Notes under the pieces: model-generated
The model's database searches: none
What the model was told of the DNA's origin: nothing
What the model saw: only the letters and a program-made list of their open reading frames with translations
Assembly (NCBI GenBank): GCA_001662655.1
Contig: KV460273.1
Length of the DNA: 64,000 nt
DNA from: Pseudogymnoascus verrucosus
Lineage: Eukaryota
Reading direction: 5' to 3' (one strand)
Program-made: the position numbers and the translations under genes
Shown: one piece after another, positions 37,735-49,192 of the stretch
How the letters are laid out: every line of letters begins with the position of its first letter
Position numbering within the stretch: the stretch's first letter is position 1

Positions 37735-38795
37735 TCAGCTGACCAAATCTTTGCCAAAATCAATCAATCGCAAACGTCTCGCATCCTTTGGATGAAACTG
37801 TGCCACCCTAGACCTGACCAAAAATCTTGCTGCCGCACTTTCTCTGTCCAGTTCCACGTACCCGCCATTCATCCCACCATCTGCCTCCACCAAATTATTT
37901 AACAGCTGCTCTGTAACCTCTCGCATCTCCGCCGCTGCCGCCGTCGTTTCATTCCATGGCTCCTGGGCTCGTCGTTCTCGTTCCGGCTGCGGCTTCCAGA
38001 TCTCGTCAATTCGCTTCTGGCGTCCAACTTCACTCAACGGGTCCTTTGGCTTTCTGGCCTTTCCCTGCGCATTGAAGCCAGCCTCCAGGTTTGCTTCGTC
38101 AATGTCGAGCAGCTCGCCAACAACAGGACCACCTAGCTCCTCGGCCGCAAGCATTACGGCTAAGTGATCGTCAATGAATTCGTTGAATGACTTAACGAGC
38201 ATAACCGTGCCCATGTCGTAGCGTGCCTTCTTGTTTTTTAGGCCTCGCATCATGTCCTTTGCTACCTGAGCCTTCGGTTTCTGCACATGTTTCTCTATTG
38301 CAGTCTCGAGGGCAGATATACGGGTTTGAAGGGCATTCTCGACAAGCCTTCCGTCCTCCAAATCGGCCGTCTCCTTTCGCAGCAAATCCTCCACGTGAGA
38401 GAGGTCATTTTTGGTGATGACAAGGGCTGATTTTGCCTCGTTGGTTGTGCTGTGTGTTGTCCGGAGCGCAAGGAGTGATGGTAGTGGTGAATCAGGAAGT
38501 GGGGCATATGGTTCTACAGGAGTAAGGGCGTCAAATGTAGATTTTATCTTGCTGATCTGAAGCAACTGAATGTCCTTGTTGCTGTCGGGTTGTTCTTGGA
38601 TTGGTTTCCCAGCGGCACGAAGCTAACTACACGTCAACGCCACGAAATACCCTTACAGAATTGACACCGAGATACCTTTTTCAGTGCTTCTTCTTGTTCT
38701 TTCACCTTCTTCTGGAGATCCTTCAGGGTCCTATCCAATCGCGCTACATGGGCGCTGGTTGCGCGAGAGTTGGGTATGCTCTCCATTTCGGTCAT
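37735..38795 (-). CDS. Inner kinetochore CENP-K/Sim4/Mcm22-like protein
   Basis: Two exons with a coiled-coil N-terminal half. The C-terminus YVEL...AARFLVRSRVAQFHPKDARRLRLIDF resembles the CENP-K tail (LLR.GIA..HP.D..RIRL..F). The start could be 38795 or 38786. Confidence 0.7.
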
Positions 38796-39336
38796 ATGTG
38801 GATTTGCTGTGCATAAAAGCCACCAAGGCACCACACATAAAGCGCGTAGTAACGCGCCTACCCAGGTATTCCAGGCTCAATTTCGATGCCTCAAAAGTAA
38901 GGCAAATATTCATAATGAAAATGCGAATATTTGATCACGTGATATCATTCCACCCCAACTTGTAAAACGACACTTAATTTCGTTCGAAGTGAAGTACTTG
39001 GGTGTAGAGTATATTCACTGGGAGCCTACTCAGTTCGGATATGTTTCGAAAGACTTGATCATATCAGCAGAGAGAGGACTGGGGTTTGTAAATAAGAGTA
39101 GGTACTCGTGCCCACACTAGAACCGTGCTGATAACTCAAGTTGCTTGGCATATGTATACTTGTGCGGCCCAAAAGTCTAAACAGACTGTGCATCACACGA
39201 GTAATTATCGCAACTATAAGTATAATAATGATTGGGGACTATGATTGTCATATAGACCAAGAGAGAGGAATCCTATCGGTTTAAATTTCTAGCATTTATC
39301 CTCAACTATATACAGACGTTTGGGCAGAGCTATAAA

Positions 39337-39873
39337 CTACTTGGAGCCACCTTCATGACCTGCCTGGTGTGGGTCAACTTTTCCGTGGGCAAACTCTAAA
39401 ACGGACGTCAGTTAAGATTGAACTGATGCAGATGGTTACAAAATAAAACGCACCATGAGTGCCGACACGCTTGTCTTTGCCTCCATCTGCCTTCAAGCCA
39501 CCATGCTCGACCGGTTTGTACTTTCCACTGTTGCTGGAAACATCACCGCCAGCAGCAGTACTGGTAGTACCAGCGTGACCTCCGACCTGGCCAGCCTGGT
39601 GAGGATCTACTTTACCATGCGCAAATTCTAGCCACGATCAGCAAACAGCCTGCGGGTGACAATATGCACGGAAGTATGCACTAAAGGCGGAGGGTGTTGA
39701 AAATACTCACGTCCTGTATTCATTCTCTTATCAGGAGTGCCGTCCTCCTTGAGGCCATTATGATGGCTCGGCTTATATGTCGTATCACTGCTATGCATTC
39801 TCTTATCGGGAGTTCCATCCTCCTTAAGACCATGATGATTGCTGGGCCTGTATGTTCCACTTGTCGATGCCAT
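39337..39873 (-). CDS. Small Gly/His-rich repeat hydrophilin-like protein (131 aa)
   Basis: Exons 39873-39711, 39627-39454 and 39395-39337 sum to 396 nt in frame. Three YxPxxHxGLKxDGxxDKR repeats and two FAHGKVDPHQAG repeats. Confidence 0.85.
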
Positions 39874-40729
39874 GATTCCAACTGTCTGAACTATACTGTC
39901 TCGTATATCACGTTTATACTGTACAGTTACCGGTAGTGGGATCTCATGGGGATATGAACTCTCAGAGGAAAAGACGAAGTTACAGGCATTTTCATAAGAA
40001 ATATATATCACGAAGGCAAATATTACTCCTAATGAGATCACTGCCTAAAGTGCTGAAAGCCTTGTCGGCGTCATTATGATGCCAAGGTAACTTATGAGGC
40101 TCTATATCACGTGTCTTTCCCTGCTTCTGTTCATGGACTAGCTTATTTTTGAAAGACCGACCAGCTTCTCGACATCCACGCGTATTATCTACATCTGCAC
40201 TCACGCGCAATTCCACTTTTGCCAACTTTTCAACCCTCTTCCTGGCATCTTGACCGTCGTTGTCATCCCTAATTTGACGGCAATATATCCTCGAGCGTCA
40301 CTCTAACCCAACGGATATTTTCGACAATCGCAACTTTCGGTCCGGTCATCTCAGCATTGGAGGATCTAGAGGTTTGACTTTGGGTCTCTCAATCTGCTTT
40401 CTTCACAAAGTACCTGAAACCACTGTTCATCCATCACTCACCTTCACCTTCACCTGCTCTCCGCCTTCACAGATCCCATCACACACAAGCCTACAGATCC
40501 GTCACGGAACCTGGCTGCTTTCCATCCATCGCATTCCCTTCTCAACAGATTCCGTCCAAGCACACGCTCTCTCCCCTCACCCGAGCTCCAGCACCAGCAC
40601 CAGCACGTTTCCTTTCGAGCATCCCCACGGTGTACATAATTCGATCAATACAAGACTAATTATTTCCGACCTCCCTTCCGACCGCATCCTGAGCTATTCA
40701 AAGATTAACAAGCAGCGAAATCAATCAAT

Positions 40730-42250
40730 ATGTCTGCCTCACCACCCACCCCCATCCAGTCAGCCAAGCGCCCATTGGAAGATCCATCTTCCCCATCCGG
40801 CCCCACTGATCAACCAGATGCCAAACGCCCGGCCCTTGACAAAGTTACGAAGGAAGAAATCGATGAGACTGCGGGACAAAAGGCCTTAGAAGATGAAGCG
40901 GGTGATGCTAAGGTTGAGGGTGGTGACTCAACCAATGGCGTTCAAACTGAGTCCAAGGATACACAAGGCGATGTTGTTGTGAGCGATGCGCCAGATGGTA
41001 CTCGTACTGTTGAAGGTTCTATCCCATCTACAGGAGATCAAGGTTCATCTGGAAATGCACTCCAGCACGATGAAAGTTCTTGGATCCACATACGCGCCGT
41101 TATATCAAGTGCGGAGGCCGCAACTGTCATAGGTAAAGGAGGAGAGAATGTGACACTTATTCGTAAGATGTCTGGCGCCAAATGTACCGTCAGTGACTAC
41201 CAAAAAGGCGCCGTGGAGAGAATCCTGACTGTCAGCGGCGTGGTTGATGCGGCAGCAAAGGTATATTACCACCCTTCACCAAACTATTACACTTCTAACT
41301 TAATATTAGGCATTCGGCTTGATTATACGCACCTTAAATGGCGAACCACTTGACCAGCCATCAACTCCACAGTCAAGGACATACCCGCTTCGTCTTCTTG
41401 TTCCGCATGTTCTCATCGGCTCGATTATTGGGAAGGGTGGTGTCCGAATTAGAGAAATCCAAGAGCAGTCAGGGGCACGACTGAACGCATCGGATGCATG
41501 CCTACCTCTTTCGACTGAACGCTCCGTCGTCGTCCTTGGCGTTGCCGATGCCGTTCATATCGCCACTTATTATGTAGCCAGCACTCTTTTGGAGCAATTG
41601 ACTGAACGATTCGGAGGACCGACAGCTTCAGCATATGCCACTCGTAGCGGAGGCCCGGCTGGAGTGATCCCCGGTGGAATGCAAGTTGTCCCTTATGTTC
41701 CACAACCTGCTGGGGGTAACTACGGCCACCCGGATAACGTCCGCCACAATGACATCCGATCTCGCCAAACGCCAGCAGCCCAGTACGGACAGCCTTATGC
41801 TCAAGGCCCAGGCCCACAGCAAGCCGGCGCGTCTATGCACTACGGCGGTTCCCCCGCTGCCGGGTATGGTGTAGCACCACAGCAGCCACAGCAAGTAGGC
41901 CATGGTGGCCCAGCTTCTCACGCCGGGCCGCCAGCTCAGCCAATGCAAGGTGTTGTCCCAGGCCAGCCCTTGACGCAGCAAATCTATATCCCCAATGATA
42001 TGGTCGGAGCTATCATTGGCAAGGGTGGTGCTAAGATCAACGAAATACGCCAACTCAGTGGAAGTGTTATCAAAATTAACGAGCCTCAAGATAACAGCAA
42101 CGAGAGGCTTGTCACGATCACTGGAACTGCCGAATGCAACCAGATGGCACTGTATATGCTCTACTCCAGATTAGGTAAGGAATATCTTCGGTTCCATTGA
42201 CTGCTATGGAAGCTAACATGATAACAGAGAGCGAAAAACACCGTATTTGA
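40730..42250 (+). CDS. Triple KH-domain RNA-binding protein (Rnc1/Pbp2/Hek2 family)
   Basis: Three IGKGG loops (VIGKGGENV, IIGKGGVRI, IIGKGGAKI); two introns; stop TGA at 42248-42250. Confidence 0.92.
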
Positions 42251-42775
42251 GATGTGGTTTAAAATTAAGGACAGGGGAGTGGAAACTTTGCTTCATTTTC
42301 ATTTGGCGCTTCAAACCATGGGGATAGCATATTATCAGGCGAAATGAGAGTCTTTATTTAACTGGATGGTAGACCCTGGGTTGTGCGATCTGTGCCAAGA
42401 GACGCTGACCAGGCTGGGATATGTCGAACGTTTTTGAAATCGCGTGACCGGTGCCTAACTGCTTGAAAACGTGACATGTAAACCGCTATTGGATGAATAG
42501 ATAAATACGCTTTCCATGAGAACCAGAGGCTGCTGGTGCCTATTCAGGAGACTTATCCGTCCATGCTATACGTTTCCACCCACGGAGCCGATATTTGTTG
42601 TCGACTCAGTTGGCTCCCTGATAAGCGAGTGCTGATATAAGTTACCCGCATATTTGCCTCCCGACCTCAACATCAGCCTTGTAGCTCGTTCGTGGCCAGC
42701 TTCGAAGCATCTATCGATCATGCATCACTACTAAAGTAATAGCCCTCATGGCCATTGCTGAAGTTGCTCACCACC

Positions 42776-44146
42776 ATGCCTCTCGGTATCGAGCGCATCA
42801 ACGCTCGTCGCCAACAGCCTAATGAGCACATCAACTTCATAAAGCCACTGGATGGCCCAGATAAGGAATTTTCTGAGGACTTTCTCGAGCGCATCGCCGC
42901 GAGTTGCAAACCTATAATGCGATCTAATCATCTTGCCGTGATGTCTCTTGAAGAGCATAAGTGCAATCCGGAGTTTCTTGGGCGGAATTTCAACGCAGGC
43001 GAGGTCATACAGCTTGTCTTGAAGGCACCATCAGGGCACTGGCTGCCGTTCAAGTTTGTACAAATGGTCATGATGCATGAGCTCGCACATTGCAAGCAGA
43101 TGAACCATTCCAAAGCGTTTTGGAAAGTAAAAGACCAATACTCGACTGAGCTAAAAGCGCTGTGGCAGAAGGGCTACACTGGAGATGGAATGTGGAGTCG
43201 AGGCCGAACTTTACTAACTGGGCAATACGACCAAGCAAGTTTGGGGAGCGAGGAAAGTTTGCCTGAACATCTTTGTGGCGGGACTTTCAGATCATCTGGA
43301 AAGCGGAAGAGGACCGCGAAGCCGAAACTCAGCTACAAAGAACGGAAAGAACGAACGATTGCGAAGAAGTTTGGGGTCAACGGTGTCGCTCTAGGCGCGG
43401 ACGAGGAGACCAAGGCTAAGCTTGAGAAGGGGAAGAAGACAGCCAGCAACCCGCGCGTCGCTGGCAGTAACCGCGGACGAGAATTGAGAGCAATGGCGGC
43501 GCTATCAAGATTTACTCCTACGACAGAAAACGTCAAGGCTGAGGATGAGCTCGTGCAATCCGGGAGCGAGACTGAAAGTGATTGGGAAGCCGGTCTATCG
43601 GATCCAGAAGAGGCGGTGGGTTCTGATGGCAAAAAGTTACTGGATGGCAAAGGGAGAACATTGATTCGGGTCTGTGACGATGAAGATCCTGACGAAATCA
43701 ATGTGAAGGTTGAGATGTCTGAGCTTCGAAAGTTCGGGGTGGCCGAAGACAGCAAAAAAACCAACAAACCTCTGGTACCTGTCAGGATAGAAGCCGCAAC
43801 TAAGTCGTCGATGTCTCAAACTCCAACTGAAGGTACCCATAGATCAACCAACCTGAGTCAGGAGCGGCGAGCAAAGCCTTCGATTGGGGTATCCACAGAC
43901 ACAGCATCAAGAACTACAGCCTGCCCTGTCTGTTCGGCGGAACACAGTGTCGGGTCGCTTACATGCATGGTGTGCGCCAATGTCCTCGATCCAAAAATGG
44001 TCCTTGACGTCTGGAAATGCCAGAGCGAGGTTTGTCGGGGAGGTCTATACACGAACGCGGGAGATTATGGTGTTTGTGGACTGTGCGGGGAGAAACCTCG
44101 TGACTCAGGCAGGCCGCGGACCATATACTTTCCTGAGATCCTGTAA
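42776..44146 (+). CDS. WLM/Wss1-family metalloprotease with C-terminal zinc fingers
   Basis: MPLG start, GRNFNAGE, HELAH..QMNH, VIM-like RELRAMAALSR, and CPVC..CMVC / CQSEVC..CGLC. Confidence 0.88.
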   Translation: MPLGIERINARRQQPNEHINFIKPLDGPDKEFSEDFLERIAASCKPIMRSNHLAVMSLEEHKCNPEFLGRNFNAGEVIQLVLKAPSGHWLPFKFVQMVMMHELAHCKQMNHSKAFWKVKDQYSTELKALWQKGYTGDGMWSRGRTLLTGQYDQASLGSEESLPEHLCGGTFRSSGKRKRTAKPKLSYKERKERTIAKKFGVNGVALGADEETKAKLEKGKKTASNPRVAGSNRGRELRAMAALSRFTPTTENVKAEDELVQSGSETESDWEAGLSDPEEAVGSDGKKLLDGKGRTLIRVCDDEDPDEINVKVEMSELRKFGVAEDSKKTNKPLVPVRIEAATKSSMSQTPTEGTHRSTNLSQERRAKPSIGVSTDTASRTTACPVCSAEHSVGSLTCMVCANVLDPKMVLDVWKCQSEVCRGGLYTNAGDYGVCGLCGEKPRDSGRPRTIYFPEIL

Positions 44147-45104
44147 TATGCGAAGGGGATATGATACCATACTCGCCGAAAGCACATCCACGATTGGAAA
44201 GATATACGAAAGACACTGTAAACCCCTCATGTCGGTATCTCCGCGGAGTCCCCATGTGATGAGCTGTATGGTGTTGAGAAGATTTGGGAAATTTGGAAGA
44301 GGCGAATTCCTGGATGTAAGTGAACTCAGAGAGGGAATGAAATAGATGCTCATCACTGTAATGCTCCTTCTGTAAGGGGGCGCGATGGCCCAACTGGTTG
44401 AAAAACAATGGTACCACGAGCGAACAAGAATGGAGAGTGACGCCTGGGCCTGCATGGCCAGCTGGGCTAGGTATAGCTGGATATGTCACATCCCTCTGGT
44501 GATCCTATTACTAGAGCCAGGAGCCATCTCCTGGAGAACCAGGATTGGACCAGTCTTTCGTCCCGGGGTTATTGCGAGACGAGCCCACACAACCAGAGCC
44601 CACATATCCCCCCCACATCCCTGCCAAAAATTCCCTTTGAAAGTACAACGAGCAGGATAGCCCAATGGAATAGCCTAGATTGAAGTCCAATGGAGGGGTG
44701 CGGCAATTCATTGCGGGTAATTAGGAACGAATAGACGGGGCAGCCAACTCGCTGGTACGGAGTGCATGTGGCGAACGATTCAGGTGGAGGGTCACCGAGG
44801 ACCCGGGTACCACAAGAAGGAAATTCCCCACGATTACTACGCTCGGGAAGGGTGATATAACAATACAGTGGATAACTCCGTGCGCATGTACATACATACA
44901 ATATACAATACGGTAGCACGCTGGCCGGGGCGAAAAGGGAGTCCAGAATCCACAGAATCCAGAGCGGGCGCAAGAGCCTCTGCATTTTTGGGTGGAAAGC
45001 TGGTCCAATACTGGTCCAATACCTAATATTGGAGGCAGGTACTCAAACGTCACAGCTCGCTTCCGATGTCCAGTTTGAGCTGGCTGGAACCCATTATCGC
45101 TTCA

Positions 45105-47860
45105 CGTTAGAGTAGAGTAGTATGTACACACAGTTAATAGTAGAGTAGAGTAGAGTACGGGTAGAGTACGGGAAGAGTACAGTAGGCCAGAGTATAGTTT
45201 GAGTATAGTATTGAGTTCAATAGAATAGAGAAGGAATAGCCGTACTCTAGTTGAGGAAACGCGGAAAGATCCCTCGGCCACGAGTGAAATAAGTGGATTC
45301 AAACTGCTTGTTCGCTTGGCGGCCAAACGACGGTTACATTATACTGGGGACAAAAGACGACAATGGATCTTCGTGGCTCGAGAAAACTGCGGATTGACAC
45401 TGGGTCAAAATGAAGCGGGGGGGGGAAGAGGGGGGTTGGGCAGGGGGGAGCTGAAGAAACACGGGAGGGAGAAGCTGAGAAAAGACGGGAGGGTGAGATG
45501 TGCATAGAGGATCTGGAGGAAGATCGCCGTTGAATATATATGCTGTATGGGTTAGTTGGGTCTGATAGGGTTCAGTTGGAATGCCTGAGAGATTAGTATT
45601 ATGGTCTGATTTTTGTTGGTCCTTTTGTCCTAGGGGGCCCTACGGGGGGTTAGAGAGGGTTAGGGGGGGCTAGGTGGATTGAGAGATGTGGGAGATGTAA
45701 GAGATGGCGATCAATAAATACCAGGGGACTGGGGAACAAGGAACAGGGGGTATTGTCGTCGCAGCAGATGGTACTGGAAGTAGTATAGTCTGGATATTAG
45801 GAGAGACAGTAGTACTGTAGACTACAGTAGACTACTCTAGTGGACATCCACTCGTTTCCCGCCGTGGAGCTTGATGAGGGGCGTGCATGGCCGCGTGTTT
45901 TGGAAGAGCACCAGAAGTACGAAGTAGCAGTAGTATTGAATTTGTACATACATAACTCTGCATACGATGTACATAGAAGAGAAGAGAGGAGTTAGTAGAG
46001 TACGGAGTAGAGGAGTAGAATTGAGAGTAGAGGTTAGAGGATAGAAGTTAGAGGTTAGAGGTTAGAGGTTAGAGGAGTACGGGAGTAGTAGTGTTGAGGA
46101 GTAGAGTGTTGAGGAGTAGAACAGTAAAAGGGTAGAGGAGTACATGACCGGAGTACTGTGCTACATACACACACATTCTTGGTCTCTATCCCCTCACTTC
46201 CTGTCTTTTTCACTATGCGGAGAGTAAGTGACTGACTAACCAAACTGACCTCACTCCTCTCTATTTCCTCGGTCATCCGGCCGCCATCAGTCCCCGTAGA
46301 TAGCCGTAGCGAATAGCAAATAACAAATAACAAATAACAAATAGCAAATATTGCATAGTATTGTGTATTGGTATTATTGTAGGGCGCCCATTATTGTATT
46401 GCGTGTACATACATCACTCGAGTACTCATGCATACACGCTTCTAAATACGTACATACGTACATAAAAAAAAATACACATGTATAGTACAGCACAGCCAGC
46501 CAGCACGCACGCACAGCACAGCACAGCACATGTCGTTCTCCACAATATGCATTTCGATTAATTGACTGAGAGGGAAATAATGAGAATAGAACAATAAAGG
46601 CTGTTTTGGCGCCATACCACCACCACCACGCACACACACCCGAACACACACCCAGACCCAATACGACAGATCTCATTACCACCCAGACCATACCAGACCA
46701 TCTCATCTAGCCAATACATACATCAGACTGTGCTACACCAGACCATACACCAGACCAAGCAAGGAACAGGCCCCGTCACGGATGCGTCTGAAAGTGCCGG
46801 GACGTCAGTCACACGTGGAGATTTAGACTAGCTGGCCATACCGATTGGAGATTGGATGGAGGAGGGGGGCCGGCCAACCATAGGACACCATAAGACAAAA
46901 AACCGAAAATAAAATAAGGAAGTCAGGCATATGTATAAAAGTAGCATTTATCCAAGTTTGAGTTGCAGTAGGGATGGGAGTAGGGGTAATGGAGAGTTAG
47001 TAGGGATAGTAGGGATATAGGGATAGTAGGGATAGGAGGGATAGCACGTACGTAGGGATAGATATCAAGCGAGAGATACTGGGTACTGGGTAGCTGTTAG
47101 TTAGTTAGTGCTATAGTAGCGCTGGAGTGGTAATTACTACTTTAGACCACTTGTAATATGCTTCAGTATAGCACTAGAGCTAGAGGTTTGAATATCATGT
47201 GCGGGTTCACGTCATGTCAATCATACTCTACTCTTAGTTAATTTCTAGTACGCAACCACTGCTCGTTTATAGCGCCCCCTCACCGTTCTATGGGTACCGA
47301 CAACGACCACCTCACCCACCACGCCCACACCCACGCCCACGCCCACCACGCCGACTAAGACTGTATTGACAGGAAAAAAAGCACTGCCCCAGATAAGAAC
47401 CCACTACCCACATGCTGCATGTCACTGTAGTGACTACTAACGACTACAAACCGTCAATGTACCACGCTATTCAATATTGCGTACTTTACGCCTGACCACT
47501 ATAGTATTCCCCTCTGTGATGTTCAACTTGTATACAGACGCAGATATACAATGGTACTGCACCTGTACAATAAAACCACAGTACTCACACGCTTCTGTAC
47601 ATACATGCATTGGCACGTTGGCACGTTGGCGGCCGCTCACTGCTGCAGTATCGACGGAAAAAGCCACACTTAAAACCACCCAAAACTACCCAAAACCACC
47701 CAAACGATCCCCCCCTCTCCCCCCTCCCCCCCACCAGCCAACCACTACCAAATCCCACCAAATGCCTATGAACTTTCCCCTCATGTCCTCTCCCCTCAAT
47801 GTCTCTCAACCGTTACTCTTCAGGTAGACATGCCCTTAGACCTTAGACCTTAGACCCAGC
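45105..47860. repeat. Microsatellite-rich, low-complexity intergenic region
   Basis: (AGAGT)n near 45.1 kb, (GTTAGAG)n at about 46030-46075, (AATARCA)n near 46315, (GCACA)n, (TAGGGA)-like near 47.0 kb, (CCTTAGA)x3 near 47835, and G/C homopolymer runs. Confidence 0.85.
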
Positions 47861-49192
47861 CCCAATACAGACCTAGGCCCCATACAACAAAGCCCATTCA
47901 GACAAGCCCATAGGGAAAAGTCCATTGGAATAGGGAAAAAAAGAGACAAGCCCATACATGCTTCCAACCCATAGACCCAGCCCCCCCAGAGTACTACCAC
48001 TTAACCACTTCTGCATAAGGTAATCTCATCTCTTTTACCACTGACAAGCATTGGAGCTAGTCGTTCATCTCCTAGTCCATAGGGTGGATTCAATCTTGTG
48101 GCGCAAGACTAAAAGGCCCGTCGACCTGTGGACGTAGGCTCGATTCACAGCACTACCACTCTGCCATGCATATCACAGCAATTTCTTCCTCCACCTTTGC
48201 CACCACCGCCTCCATGATCCCATCCATCCCAAAAAATCCACTCGAGTAATGCCTGGCATCATGGCTTAGACGTGACACCTCTTGACCCCGCCCAATGATA
48301 GGTCAAACCTCGGGAGGCGGCTCTCTGGCGCTCTCTGGTCTGTGATATTATTATCATGTACACCCTGCCCTTTTGTTCGCTCCTGGAATTTCTTTCCCCA
48401 CGAGACCTGTCTCTTCGCTACAGTCCCTCCATAACCCCAATCCCCCTGCGACGTCGTCCGGGGAAAAAGTCTCGCTATTGCGACCCGTATCCGTGGGCTG
48501 AAGGCTAAACCGAAACAAAGGGCTCAGTTGTGACGCCCCGCTCGTGCAATCTGTCGCCAGAGACGCCATCCAACAGGCGACAATAGCGAAAACTGCGAGT
48601 CTGTCGAGATCAAAGCAAAGCTGCCACCTACAGCTTTTTTGCTTTTTGACACTCATTGTGGTGGCGCCGAATCCCCGCGCTTCCTCGTTCTCGAGCGCCT
48701 CAGTCTATTGAGAGTGCTAATATCACAGCGAAGGCCTCTCACAACGATAGCCCCGCTCTCACATTCCTGGCGAAATCGTTCCATAGGGCGACTCGAAGCG
48801 AAATCAGACAACAACAACAAGCATACTGCGCCAGCCACGACTTGTCTTACTACTCCACAGGCGTATCCAGCGCAGCTCACAGGCTGGATCAGGAGCCACG
48901 TTATAAACCGCGCCTACCTGCTGCACCTGCCCGTCCATTTCAATAATACAGCCCTGACAGAAGCACGTTAAATAACAATGCGAACTGGACTTCTTATGAC
49001 CCGTGCATAGTTGACCGTGGGGGGGATCAAAGCATAGGCGCCAACTCAGCTGGACGACGACGACGATAACTGCGGTTCCCGTTGCTCCGATCTTTAGTGA
49101 ATGGGACATGAGCTCATCAAGCCAAAACTGTACTCTGGTTAACAATCCGCGCATCGCCTCAGCCGACGAGCGCTGGCCAAAACTCAAATATC

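Noticed and set aside
44256..44356. Inverted GTGATGAGC/GCTCATCAC with C-box-like heptamers on both strands
   Set aside because: No terminal D box at a suitable distance and no rRNA-complementary guide recognised.
44569..44985. 138-aa ORF with good start context and hydrophobic N-terminus
   Set aside because: Runs through microsatellite-like sequence and has non-protein-like composition; not supportable as a CDS.
45656..45665. CCCTAACCCT as a telomerase RNA template or interstitial telomere
   Set aside because: Embedded in G-run low-complexity sequence, not the TAACCCTAA permutation I would expect, and no pseudoknot or three-way-junction elements were identified.
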